From Balanoglossus misakiensis (Eukaryota > Animalia > Hemichordata), in NCBI GenBank assembly GCA_040954595.2, contig CM082584.2:1891344-1955343 (forward strand): a stretch of DNA of 64,000 nucleotides. Reading direction: 5' to 3'. The translations under genes were made by a program, and so were the position numbers. The notes beneath the pieces are model-generated. The model had not been told where the DNA came from, ran no database searches, and was given only the letters and a program-made list of their open reading frames with translations. Shown here in pieces: positions 1 to 15,000 of the stretch (the stretch's first letter is position 1; each line of letters begins with the position of its first letter).

Positions 1-3000
1 AAGTGAAGTGATTGCATCACTATCTACCCTGATGCATCATCAACCTTGCTTCGCCATTTACCCTGATGCAAGGAATCAGATTCAATGTCATCATTGCATT
101 AGCAATGTCAAAGTACAATGCTTTTGGACACGTATTAACCCACAGATTTTTCAACAACCTGAAATCCCCATATGCATTTAATACCCATGTCAAAGTGCAG
201 AGTTTGCATCACCATCTACTCTGATGCATCATTGAGCTTGCTTCGCCATTTGCCCTAATGCAAAGAATCCCATTCAATGTCACCATTGCATATGCAATGT
301 CAAAGTACAGTGCTTTCAGCCACGTATTAACCCAGGGATTTTTCAACAACCTGAAATCCCCATATGCATTTAATACCCATGTCAAAGTGAAGTGTTTGCA
401 TCACTATCTACCCTGATGCGTCATAAAGCTTGCTACGCCATTTACCCTGATGCAAAGAATCAGATTCAATGTCATCGTTGCATTAGCAATGTCAAAGTAC
501 AGTGCTTTTGGACACGTATTAACCCAGGGATTTATCATCAACTTGAAATCCCCATATTCATTTAATACCCATGTGAAAGTGCTGAGTTTGCATCACCATC
601 TACTCTGATACATCATTGAGCTTGCTTCGCCATTTGCCCTAATGCAAAGAATCCCATTCAATGTCACCATTGCATATGCAATGTCAAAGTACAGTGCTTT
701 CCGCCACGTATTAACCCAGGGATTTACAGACAACTTTAAATCCCCCTGTAGGCATTTTATACCCATGTCAAAGTGCAGAGCTTGCATCACTATCTACCCT
801 GATGCATAATCAACCTTGCTTCGCCATTTACCCTGATGCAAAGCATCAGATTCAATGTCATCGTTGCATTAGCAATGTCAAAGTACAGTGCTTTTGGACA
901 CGTATTAACCCAGGGATTTACAGACAACTTTAAATCCCCCTGTAGGCATTTTATACCCATGTCAAAGTAAAGTGTTTGCAACACTATCTACCCTGATGCA
1001 TCATAAAGCTTGCTACGCCATTTACCCTGATGCAAAGAATCAGATTCAATGTCATCATTGCATTAGCAATGTCAAAGTACAGTGCTTTTCGACACGTATT
1101 AACCCACAGATTTTTCAACAACCTGAAATCCCCATATGCATTTAATACCCATGTCAAAGTGAAGTGTTTGCATCACTATCTACCCTGATGCATCATAAAG
1201 CTTGCTACGCCATTTACCCTGATGCAAAGAATCAGATTCAATGTCATCGTTACATTAGCAATGTCAAAGTACAGTGCTTTTGGACACGTATTAACCCAGG
1301 GATTTATCATCAACTTGAAATCCCCATATGCATTTAATACCCATGTCAAATTGAAGTGATTGCATCACTATCTACCCTGATGCATCATCAACCTTGCTTC
1401 GCCATTTGCCCTGATGCAAAGAATCAGATTCAATGTCATCGTTGCATTAGCAATGTCAAATTAGAGTGCTTTTGGCCACATATTAACCTATAGATTTACA
1501 TTTAACATTAAATACCCATGTGAAAGTGCAGAGTTTGCATCACCATCTACTCTGATGCATCATTGAGCTTGCTTCGCCATTTGCCCTAATGCAAAGAATC
1601 CCATTCAATGTCACCATTGCATATGCAATGTCAAAGTACAGTGCTTTCCGCCACGTATTAACCCAGGGATTTACAGACAACTTTAAATCCCCCAGTAGGC
1701 ATTTTATACCCATGTCAAAGTGCAGAGCTGGCATCACTATCTACCCTGATGCATCATCAACCTTGCTTCGCCATTTACCCTGATGCAAAGAATCAGATTC
1801 AATGTCATCGTTGCATTAGCAATGTCAAAGTACAGTGCTTTCCGCCACGTATTAACCCAGGGATTTACAGACAACTTTAAATCCCCCAGTAGGCATTTTA
1901 TACCCATGTCAAAGTGCAGAGCTTGCATCACTATCTACCCTGATGCATCATCAACCTTGCTTCGCCATTTACCCTGATGCAAAGAATCAGATTCAATGTC
2001 ATCGTTGCATTAGCAATGTCAAAGTACAGTGCTTTTGGACACGTATTAACCCAGGGATTTACAGACAACTTTAAATCCCCCTGTAGGCATTTTACACCCA
2101 TGTCAAAGTAAAGTGTTTGCATCACTATCTACCCTGATGCATCATAAAGCTTGCTACGCCATTTACCCTGATGCAAAGAATCAGATTCAATGTCATCATT
2201 GCATTAGCAATGTCAAAGGACAGTGCTTTTCGACACGTATTAACCCACAGATTTTTCAACAACCTGAAATCCCCATATGCATTTAATACCCATGTCAAAG
2301 TGAAGTGTTTGCATCACTATCTACCCTGATGCATCATAAAGCTTGCTACGCCATTTACCCTGATGCAAAGAATCAGATTCAATGTCATCGTTACATTAGC
2401 AATGTCAAAGTACAGTGCTTTTGGACACGTATTAACCCAGGGATTTATCATCAACTTGAAATCCCCATATGCATTTAATACCCATGTCAAATTGAAGTGA
2501 TTGCATCACTATCTACCCTGATGCATCATCAACCTTGCTTCGCCATTTGCCCTGATGCAAAGAATCAGATTCAATGTCATCGTTGCATTAGCAATGTCAA
2601 ATTAGAGTGCTTTTGGCCACATATTAACCTATAGATTTACATTTAACATTAAATACCCATGTGAAAGTGCAGAGTTTGCATCACCATCTACTCTGATGCA
2701 TCATTGAGCTTGCTTCGCCATTTGCCCTAATGCAAAGAATCCCATTCAATGTCACCATTGCATATGCAATGTCAAAGTACAGTGCTTTCCGCCACGTATT
2801 AACCCAGGGATTTACAGACAACTTTAAATCCCCCAGTAGGCATTTTATACCCATGTCAAAGTGCAGAGCTGGCATCACTATCTACCCTGATGCATCATCA
2901 ACCTTGCTTCGCCATTTACCCTGATGCAAAGAATCAGATTCAATGTCATCGTTGCATTAGCAATGTCAAAGTACAGTGCTTTCCGCCACGTATTAACCCA

Positions 3001-6000
3001 GGGATTTACAGACAACATTAAATCCCCCAGTAGGCATTTTATACCCATGTCAAAGTGCAGAGCTTGCATCACTATCTACCCTGATGCATCATCAACCTTG
3101 CTTCGCCATTTACCCTGATGCAAAGAATCAGATTCAATGTCATCGTTGCATTAGCAATGTCAAAGTACAGTGCTTTTGGACACGTATTAACCCAGGGATT
3201 TACAGACAACTTTAAATCCCCCTGTAGGCATTTTACACCCATGTCAAAGTAAAGTGTTTGCATCACTATCTACCCTGATGCATCATAAAGCTTGCTACGC
3301 CATTTACCCTGATGCAAAGAATCAGATTCAATGTCATCATTGCATTAGCAATGTCAAAGGACAGTGCTTTTCGACACGTATTAACCCACAGATTTTTCAA
3401 CAACCTGAAATCCCCATATGCATTTAATACCCATGTCAAAGTGAAGTGTTTGCATCACTATCTACCCTGATGCATCATAAAGCTTGCTACGCCATTTACC
3501 CTGATGCAAAGAATCATATTCAATGTCATCGTTACATTAGCAATGTCAAAGTACAGTGCTTTTGGACACGTATTAACCCAGGGATTTATCATCAACTTGA
3601 AATCCCCATATGCATTTAATACCCATGTCAAAGTGAAGTGATTGCATCAATATCTACCTTGATGCATCATCAACCTTGCTTCGCCATTTGCCCTGATGCA
3701 AAGAATCCGATTCAATGTCATCGTTGCATTAGCAATGTCAAATTAGAGTGCTTTTGGCCACGTATTAACCTATAGATTTACATTTAACATTAAATACCCA
3801 TGTGAAAGTGCAGAGTTTGCATCACCATCTACTCTGATGCATCATTGAGCTTGCTTCGCCATTTGCCCTAATGCAATGAATCCCATTCAATGTCACCATT
3901 GCATATGCAATGTCAAAGTACAGTGCTTTCCGCCACGTATTAACCCAGGGATTTACAGACAACTTTAAATCCCCCTGTAGGCATTTTATACCCATGTCAA
4001 AGTGCAGAGCTTGCATCACTATCTACCCTGATGCATAATCAACCTTGCTTCGCCATTTACCCTGATGCAAAGAATCAGATTCAATGTCATCGTTGCATTA
4101 GCAATGTCAAAGTACAGTGCTTTTGGACACGTATTAACCCAGGGATTTACAGACAACTGTAAATCCCCCTGAAGGCATTTTATACCCATGTCAAAGTGAA
4201 GTGTTTGCAACACTATCTACCCTGATGCATCATAAAGCTTGCTACGCCATTTACCCTGATGCAAAGAATCAGATTCAATGTCATCATTGCATTAGCAATG
4301 TCAAAGTACAGTGCTTTTCGACACGAATTAACCCACAGATTTTTCAACAACCTGAAATCCCCATATGCATTTAATACCCATGTCAAAGTGAAGTGTTTGC
4401 ATCACTATCTACCCTGATGCATCATAAAGCTTGCTACGCCATTTACCCTGATGCAAAGAATCAGATTCAATGTCATCGTTACATTAGCAATGTCAAAGTA
4501 CAGTGCTTTTGGACACGTATTAACCCAGGGATTTATCATCAACTTGAAATCCCCATATGCATTTAATACCCATGTCAAATTGAAGCGATTGCATCACTAT
4601 CTACCCTGATGCATCATCAACCTTGCTTCGCCATTTGCCCTGATGCAAAGAATCAGATTCAATGTCATCGTTGCATTAGCAATGTCAAATTAGAGTGCTT
4701 TTGGCCACGTATTAACCTATGGATTTACATTTAACATTAAATACCCATGTGAAAGTGCAGAGTTTGCATCACCATCTACTCCGATGCATCATTGAGCTTG
4801 CTTCGCCATTTGCCCTAATGCAAAGAATCCCATTCAATGTCACCATTGCATATGCAATGTCCAAGTACAGTGCTTTCCGCCACGTATTAACCCAGGGATT
4901 TACAGACAACTTTAAATCCCCCAGTAGGCATTTTATACCCATGTCAAAGTGCAGAGCTTGCATCACTATCTACCCTGATGCATCATCAACCTTGCTTCGC
5001 CATTTACCCTGATGCAAAGAATCAGATTCAATGTCATCGTTGCATTAGCAATGTCAAAGTACAGTGCTTTTGGACACGTATTAACCCAGGGATTTATCAT
5101 CAACTTGAAATCCCCATATGCATTTAATACCCATGTCAAATTGAAGCGATTGCATCACTATCTACCCTGATGCATCATCAACCTTGCTTCGCCATTTGCC
5201 CTGATGCAAAGAATCAGATTCAATGTCATCGTTGCATTAACAATGTCAAATTAGAGTGCTTTTGGCCACGTATTAACCTATGGATTTACATTTAACATTA
5301 AATACCCATGTGAAAGTGCAGAGTTTGCATCACCATCTACTCTGATGCATCATTGAGCTTGCTTCGCCATTTGCCCTAATGCAAAGAATCCCATTCAATG
5401 TCACCATTGCATATGCAATGTCAAAGTACAGTGCTTACCGCCACGTATTAACCCAGGGATTTACAGACAACTTTAAATCCCCCAGTAGGCATTTTATACC
5501 CATGTCAAAGTGCAGAGCTGGCATCACTATCTACCCTGATGCATCATCAACCTTGCTTCGCCATTTACCCTGATGCAAAGAATCAGATTCAATGTCATCG
5601 TTGCATTAGCAATGTCAAAGTACAGTGCTTTCCGCCACGTATTAACCCAGGGATTTACAGACAACTTTAAATCCCCCAGTAGGCATTTTATACCCATGTC
5701 AAAGTGCAGAGCTTGCATCACTATCTACCCTGATGCATCATCAACCTTGCTTCGCCATTTACCCTGATGCAAAGAATCAGATTCAATGTCATCGTTGCAT
5801 TAGCAATGTCAAAGTACAGTGCTTTTGGACACGTATTAACCCAGGGATTTACAGACAACTTTAAATCCCCCTGTAGGCATTTTACACCCATGTCAAAGTA
5901 AAGTGTTTGCATCACTATCTACCCTGATGCATCATAAAGCTTGCTACGCCATTTACCCTGATGCAAAGAATCAGATTCAATGTCATCATTGCATTAGCAA

Positions 6001-9000
6001 TGTCAAAGGACAGTGCTTTTCGACACGTATTAACCCACAGATTTTTCAACAACCTGAAATCCCCATATGCATTTAATACCCATGTCAAAGTGAAGTGTTT
6101 GCATCACTATCTACCCTGATGCATCATTAAGCTTGCTACGCCATTTACCCTGATGCAAAGAATCATATTCAATGTCATCGTTACATTAGCAATGTCAAAG
6201 TACAGTGCTTTTGGACACGTATTAACCCAGGGATTTATCATCAACTTGAAATCCCCATATGCATTTAATACCCATGTCAAAGTGAAGTGATTGCATCAAT
6301 ATCTACCTTGATGCATCATCAACCTTGCTTCGCCATTTGCCCTGATGCAAAGAATCCGATTCAATGTCATCGTTGCATTAGCAATGTCAAATTAGAGTGC
6401 TTTTGGCCACGTATTAACCTATGGATTTACATTTAACATTAAATACCCATGTGAAAGTGCAGAGTTTGCATCACCATCTACTCTGATGCATCATTGAGCT
6501 TGCTTCGCCATTTGCCCTAATGCAAAGAATCCCATTCAATGTCACCATTGCATATGCAATGTCAAAGTACAGTGCTTTCCGCCACGTATTAACCCAGGGA
6601 TTTACAGACAACTTTAAATCCCCCTGTAGGCATTTTATACCCATGTCAAAGTGCAGAGCTTGCATCACTATCTACCCTGATGCATAATCAACCTTGCTTC
6701 GCCATTTACCCTGATGCAAAGAATCAGATTCAATGTCATCGTTGCATTAGCAATGTCAAAGTACAGTGCTTTTGGACACGTATTAACCCAGGGATTTACA
6801 GACAACTGTAAATCCCCCTGTAGGCATTTTATACCCATGTCAAAGTGAAGTGTTTGCAACACTATCTACCCTGATGCATCATAAAGCTTGCTACGCCATT
6901 TACCCTGATGCAAAGAATCAGATTCAATGTCATCATTGCATTAGCAATGTCAAAGTACAGTGCTTTTCGACACGAATTAACCCACAGATTTTTCAACAAC
7001 CTGAAATCCCCATATGCATTTAATACCCATGTCAAAGTGAAGTGTTTGCATCACTATCTACCCTGATGCATCATAAAGCTTGCTACGCCATTTACCCTGA
7101 TGCAAAGAATCAGATTCAATGTCATCGTTACATTAGCAATGTCAAAGTACAGTGCTTTTGGACACGTATTAACCCAGGGATTTATCATCAACTTGAAATC
7201 CCCATATGCATTTAATACCCATGTCAAATTGAAGCGATTGCATCACTATCTACCCTGATGCATCATCAACCTTGCTTCACCATTTGCCCTGATGCAAAGA
7301 ATCAGATTCAATGTCATCGTTGCATTAGCAATGTCAAATTAGAGTGCTTTTGGCCACGTATTAACCTATGGATTTACATTTAACATTAAATACCCATGTG
7401 AAAGTGCAGAGTTTGCATCACCATCTACTCCGATGCATCATTGAGCTTGCTTCGCCATTTGCCCTAATGCAAAGAATCCCATTCAATGTCACCATTGCAT
7501 ATGCAATGTCCAAGTACAGTGCTTTCCGCCACGTATTAACCCAGGGATTTACAGACAACTTTAAATCCCCCAGTAGGCATTTTATACCCATGTCAAAGTG
7601 CAGAGCTGGCATCACTATCTACCCTGATGCATCATCAACCTTGCTTCGCCATTTACCCTGATGCAAAGAATCAGATTCAATGTCATCGTTGCATTAGCAA
7701 TGTCAAAGTACAGTGCTTTCCGCCACGTATTAACCCAGGGATTTACAGACAACTTTAAATCCCCCAGTAGGCATTTTATACCCATGTCAAAGTGCAGAGC
7801 TTGCATCACTATCTACCCTGATGCATCATCAACCTTGCTTCGCCATTTACCCTGATGCAAAGAATCAGATTCAATGTCATCGTTGCATTAGCAATGTCAA
7901 AGTACAGTGCTTTTGGACACGTATTAACCCAGGGATTTACAGACAACTTTAAATCCCCCTGTAGGCATTTTACACCCATGTCAAAGTAAAGTGTTTGCAT
8001 CACTATCTACCCTGATGCATCATAAAGCTTGCTACGCCATTTACCCTGATGCAAAGAATCAGATTCAATGTCATCATTGCATTAGCAATGTCAAAGGACA
8101 GTGCTTTTCGACACGTATTAACCCACAGATTTTTCAACAACCTGAAATCCCCATATGCATTTAATACCCATGTCAAAGTGAAGTGTTTGCATCACTATCT
8201 ACCCTGATGCATCATTAAGCTTGCTACGCCATTTACCCTGATGCAAAGAATCATATTCAATGTCATCGTTACATTAGCAATGTCAAAGTACAGTGCTTTT
8301 GGACACGTATTAACCCAGGGATTTATCATCAACTTGAAATCCCCATATGCATTTAATACCCATGTCAAAGTGAAGTGATTGCATCAATATCTACCTTGAT
8401 GCATCATCAACCTTGCTTCGCCATTTGCCCTGATGCAAAGAATCCGATTCAATGTCATCGTTGCATTAGCAATGTCAAATTAGAGTGCTTTTGGCCACGT
8501 ATTAACCTATGGATTTACATTTAACATTAAATACCCATGTGAAAGTGCAGAGTTTGCATCACCATCTACTCTGATGCATCATAAAGCTTGCTTCGCCATT
8601 TGCCCTAATGCAAAGAATCACATTCAATGGCACCATTGCATTAGCAATGTCAAAGTACAGTGCTTTCCGCCACGTATTAACCTACGGATTTTTCAACAAC
8701 TTGAAATCCCCATATGCATTTAATACCCATGTCAAAGTGAAGTGTTTGCATCACCATCTACTCTGATGCATCATTGAGCTTGCTTCGCCATTTGCCCTAA
8801 CGCAAAGAATTACATTCAATGTCACCATTGCATTAGCAATGTCAAAGTACAGTGCTTTCCGCCACGTATTAAACTGGGGATTTACAGTCACCTTTAAATC
8901 CCCCTTTAGGCATTTTATACCCAAGTTCAAGTGCAGAGCTTGCATCACTATCTACCCTGATGCATCATCAACCTTGCTTCGCCATTTACCCTGATGCAAA

Positions 9001-12000
9001 GAATCAGATTCAATGTCATCGTTGCATTAGCAATGTCAAAGTACAGTGCTTTTGGACACGTATTAACCCAGGGATTTATCATCTACTTGAAATCCCCATA
9101 TGCATTTAATACCCATGTCAAAGTGAAGTGTTTGCATCACTATCTACCCTGATGCATCATAAAGCTTGCTTCGCCATTTGCCCTGATGCAAAGAATCAGA
9201 TTCAATGTCATCGTTGCATTAGCAATGTCAAATTAGAGTGCTTTTGGCCAAGTATTAACCTATGGATTTACATTTAACATTAAATACCCATGTGAAAGTG
9301 CAGAGTTTGCATCACCATCTACTCTGATGCATCATTGAGCTTGCTTCGCCATTTGCCCTAATGCAAAGAATCCCATTCAATGTCACCATTGCATATGCAA
9401 TGTCAAAGTACAGTGCTTTCCGCCACGTATTAACCCAGGGATTTACAGTCACCTTTAAATCCCCCTGTAGGCATTTTATACCCATGTCAAAGTGCAGAGC
9501 TTGCATCACTATCTACCCTGATGCATCATAAAGCTTGCTACGCCATTTACCCTGATGCAAAGAATCAGATTCAATGTCATCGTTACATTAGCAATGTCAA
9601 AGTACAGTGCTTTTGGACACGTATTAACCCAGGGATTTATCATCAACTTGAAATCCCCATATGCATTTAATACCCATGTCAAAGTGAAGTGATTGCATCA
9701 ATATCTATCCTGATGCATCATCAACCTTGCTTCGCCATTTGCCCTGATGCAAAGAATCAGATTCAATGTCATCGTTACATTAGCAATGTCAAAGTACAGT
9801 GCTTTTGGACACGTATTAACCCAGGGATTTATCATCAACTTGAAATCCCCATATTCATTTAATACCCATGTCAAAGTGAAGTGATTGCATCACTATCTAC
9901 CCTGATGCATCATCAACCTTGCTTCGCCATTTACCCTGATGCAAAGAATCAGATTCAATGTCATCATTGCATTAGCAATGTCAAAGTACAATGCTTTTGG
10001 ACACGAATTAACCCACAGATTTTTCAACAACCTGAAATCCCCATATGCATTTAATACCCATGTCAAAGTGCAGAGTTTGCATCACCATCTACTCTGATGC
10101 ATCATTGAGCTTGCTTCGCCATTTGCCCTAATGCAAAGAATCCCATTCAATGTCACCATTGCATATGCAATGTCAAAGTACAGTGCTTTCAGCCACGTAT
10201 TAACCCAGGGATTTACAGACAACTTTAAATCCCCCTGTAGGCATTTTATACCCATGTCAAAGTGCAGAGCTTGCATCACTATCTACCCTGATGCATCATC
10301 AACCTTGCTTCGCCATTTACCCTGATGCAAAGAATCAGATTCAATGTCATCGCTGCATTAGCAATGTCAAAGTACAGTGCTTTTGGACACGTATTAACCC
10401 AGGGATTTACAGACAACTTTAAATCCCCCTGTAGGCATTTTATACCCATGTCAAAGTGAAGTGTTTGCATCACTATCTACCCTGATGCGTCATAAAGCTT
10501 GCTACGCCATTTACCCTGATGCAAAGAATCAGATTCAATGTCATCATTGCATTAGCAATGTCAAAGTACAGTGCTTTTGGACACGTATTAACCCACAGAT
10601 TTTTCAACAACCTGAAATCCCCATATGCATTTAATACCCATGTCAAAGTGAAGTGTTTGCATCACTATCTACCCTGATGCGTCATAAAGCTTGCTACGCC
10701 ATTTACCCTGATGCAAAGAATCAGATTCAATGTCATCGTTGCATTAGCAATGTCAAAGTACAGTGCTTTTGGACATGTATTAACCCACAGATTTTTCAAC
10801 AACCTGAAATCCCCATATGCATTTAATACCCATGTCAAAGTGAAGTGATTGCATCACTATCTATCCTGATGCATCATCAACCTTGCTTCGCCATTTGCCC
10901 TGATGCAAAGAATCAGATTCAATGTCATCGTTACATTAGCAATGTCAAAGTACAGTGCTTTTGGACACGTATTAACCCAGGGATTTATCATCAACTTGAA
11001 ATCCCCATATTCATTTAATACCCATGTCAAAGTGAAGTGATTGCATCACTATCTACCCTGATGCATCATCAACCTTGCTTCGCCATTTACCCTGATGCAA
11101 GGAATCAGATTCAATGTCATCATTGCATTAGCAATGTCAAAGTACAATGCTTTTGGACACGTATTAACCCACAGATTTTTCAACAACCTGAAATCCCCAT
11201 ATGCATTTAATACCCATGTCAAAGTGCAGAGTTTGCATCACCATCTACTCTGATGCATCATTGAGCTTGCTTCGCCATTTGCCCTAATGCAAAGAATCCC
11301 ATTCAATGTCACCATTGCATATGCAATGTCAAAGTACAGTGCTTTCAGCCACGTATTAACCCAGGGATTTTTCAACAACCTGAAATCCCCATATGCATTT
11401 AATACCCATGTCAAAGTGAAGTGTTTGCATCACTATCTACCCTGATGCGTCATAAAGCTTGCTACGCCATTTACCCTGATGCAAAGAATCAGATTCAATG
11501 TCATCGTTGCATTAGCAATGTCAAAGTACAGTGCTTTTGGACACGTATTAACCCAGGGATTTATCATCAACTTGAAATCCCCATATTCATTTAATACCCA
11601 TGTGAAAGTGCTGAGTTTGCATCACCATCTACTCTGATACATCATTGAGCTTGCTTCGCCATTTGCCCTAATGCAAAGAATCCCATTCAATGTCACCATT
11701 GCATATGCAATGTCAAAGTACAGTGCTTTCCGCCACGTATTAACCCAGGGATTTACAGACAACTTTAAATCCCCCTGTAGGCATTTTATACCCATGTCAA
11801 AGTGCAGAGCTTGCATCACTATCTACCCTGATGCATAATCAACCTTGCTTCGCCATTTACCCTGATGCAAAGCATCAGATTCAATGTCATCGTTGCATTA
11901 GCAATGTCAAAGTACAGTGCTTTTGGACACGTATTAACCCAGGGATTTACAGACAACTTTAAATCCCCCTGTAGGCATTTTATACCCATGTCAAAGTAAA

Positions 12001-15000
12001 GTGTTTGCAACACTATCTACCCTGATGCATCATAAAGCTTGCTACGCCATTTACCCTGATGCAAAGAATCAGATTCAATGTCATCATTGCATTAGCAATG
12101 TCAAAGTACAGTGCTTTTCGACACGTATTAACCCACAGATTTTTCAACAACCTGAAATCCCCATATGCATTTAATACCCATGTCAAAGTGAAGTGTTTGC
12201 ATCACTATCTACCCTGATGCATCATAAAGCTTGCTACGCCATTTACCCTGATGCAAAGAATCAGATTCAATGTCATCGTTACATTAGCAATGTCAAAGTA
12301 CAGTGCTTTTGGACACGTATTAACCCAGGGATTTATCATCAACTTGAAATCCCCATATGCATTTAATACCCATGTCAAATTGAAGTGATTGCATCACTAT
12401 CTACCCTGATGCATCATCAACCTTGCTTCGCCATTTGCCCTGATGCAAAGAATCAGATTCAATGTCATCGTTGCATTAGCAATGTCAAATTAGAGTGCTT
12501 TTGGCCACATATTAACCTATAGATTTACATTTAACATTAAATACCCATGTGAAAGTGCAGAGTTTGCATCACCATCTACTCTGATGCATCATTGAGCTTG
12601 CTTCGCCATTTGCCCTAATGCAAAGAATCCCATTCAATGTCACCATTGCATATGCAATGTCAAAGTACAGTGCTTTCCGCCACGTATTAACCCAGGGATT
12701 TACAGACAACTTTAAATCCCCCAGTAGGCATTTTATACCCATGTCAAAGTGCAGAGCTGGCATCACTATCTACCCTGATGCATCATCAACCTTGCTTCGC
12801 CATTTACCCTGATGCAAAGAATCAGATTCAATGTCATCGTTGCATTAGCAATGTCAAAGTACAGTGCTTTCCGCCACGTATTAACCCAGGGATTTACAGA
12901 CAACTTTAAATCCCCCAGTAGGCATTTTATACCCATGTCAAAGTGCAGAGCTTGCATCACTATCTACCCTGATGCATCATCAACCTTGCTTCGCCATTTA
13001 CCCTGATGCAAAGAATCAGATTCAATGTCATCGTTGCATTAGCAATGTCAAAGTACAGTGCTTTTGGACACGTATTAACCCAGGGATTTACAGACAACTT
13101 TAAATCCCCCTGTAGGCATTTTACACCCATGTCAAAGTAAAGTGTTTGCATCACTATCTACCCTGATGCATCATAAAGCTTGCTACGCCATTTACCCTGA
13201 TGCAAAGAATCAGATTCAATGTCATCATTGCATTAGCAATGTCAAAGGACAGTGCTTTTCGACACGTATTAACCCACAGATTTTTCAACAACCTGAAATC
13301 CCCATATGCATTTAATACCCATGTCAAAGTGAAGTGTTTGCATCACTATCTACCCTGATGCATCATAAAGCTTGCTACGCCATTTACCCTGATGCAAAGA
13401 ATCAGATTCAATGTCATCGTTACATTAGCAATGTCAAAGTACAGTGCTTTTGGACACGTATTAACCCAGGGATTTATCATCAACTTGAAATCCCCATATG
13501 CATTTAATACCCATGTCAAATTGAAGTGATTGCATCACTATCTACCCTGATGCATCATCAACCTTGCTTCGCCATTTGCCCTGATGCAAAGAATCAGATT
13601 CAATGTCATCGTTGCATTAGCAATGTCAAATTAGAGTGCTTTTGGCCACATATTAACCTATAGATTTACATTTAACATTAAATACCCATGTGAAAGTGCA
13701 GAGTTTGCATCACCATCTACTCTGATGCATCATTGAGCTTGCTTCGCCATTTGCCCTAATGCAAAGAATCCCATTCAATGTCACCATTGCATATGCAATG
13801 TCAAAGTACAGTGCTTTCCGCCACGTATTAACCCAGGGATTTACAGACAACTTTAAATCCCCCAGTAGGCATTTTATACCCATGTCAAAGTGCAGAGCTG
13901 GCATCACTATCTACCCTGATGCATCATCAACCTTGCTTCGCCATTTACCCTGATGCAAAGAATCAGATTCAATGTCATCGTTGCATTAGCAATGTCAAAG
14001 TACAGTGCTTTCCGCCACGTATTAACCCAGGGATTTACAGACAACATTAAATCCCCCAGTAGGCATTTTATACCCATGTCAAAGTGCAGAGCTTGCATCA
14101 CTATCTACCCTGATGCATCATCAACCTTGCTTCGCCATTTACCCTGATGCAAAGAATCAGATTCAATGTCATCGTTGCATTAGCAATGTCAAAGTACAGT
14201 GCTTTTGGACACGTATTAACCCAGGGATTTACAGACAACTTTAAATCCCCCTGTAGGCATTTTACACCCATGTCAAAGTAAAGTGTTTGCATCACTATCT
14301 ACCCTGATGCATCATAAAGCTTGCTACGCCATTTACCCTGATGCAAAGAATCAGATTCAATGTCATCATTGCATTAGCAATGTCAAAGGACAGTGCTTTT
14401 CGACACGTATTAACCCACAGATTTTTCAACAACCTGAAATCCCCATATGCATTTAATACCCATGTCAAAGTGAAGTGTTTGCATCACTATCTACCCTGAT
14501 GCATCATAAAGCTTGCTACGCCATTTACCCTGATGCAAAGAATCATATTCAATGTCATCGTTACATTAGCAATGTCAAAGTACAGTGCTTTTGGACACGT
14601 ATTAACCCAGGGATTTATCATCAACTTGAAATCCCCATATGCATTTAATACCCATGTCAAAGTGAAGTGATTGCATCAATATCTACCTTGATGCATCATC
14701 AACCTTGCTTCGCCATTTGCCCTGATGCAAAGAATCCGATTCAATGTCATCGTTGCATTAGCAATGTCAAATTAGAGTGCTTTTGGCCACGTATTAACCT
14801 ATGGATTTACATTTAACATTAAATACCCATGTGAAAGTGCAGAGTTTGCATCACCATCTACTCTGATGCATCATTGAGCTTGCTTCGCCATTTGCCCTAA
14901 TGCAATGAATCCCATTCAATGTCACCATTGCATATGCAATGTCAAAGTACAGTGCTTTCCGCCACGTATTAACCCAGGGATTTACAGACAACTTTAAATC

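Noticed and set aside
49-65. Possible CENP-B box at CTTCGCCATTTACCCTG
   Set aside because: Only TTCG matches. The required A and CGGG positions of NTTCGNNNNANNCGGGN are absent.
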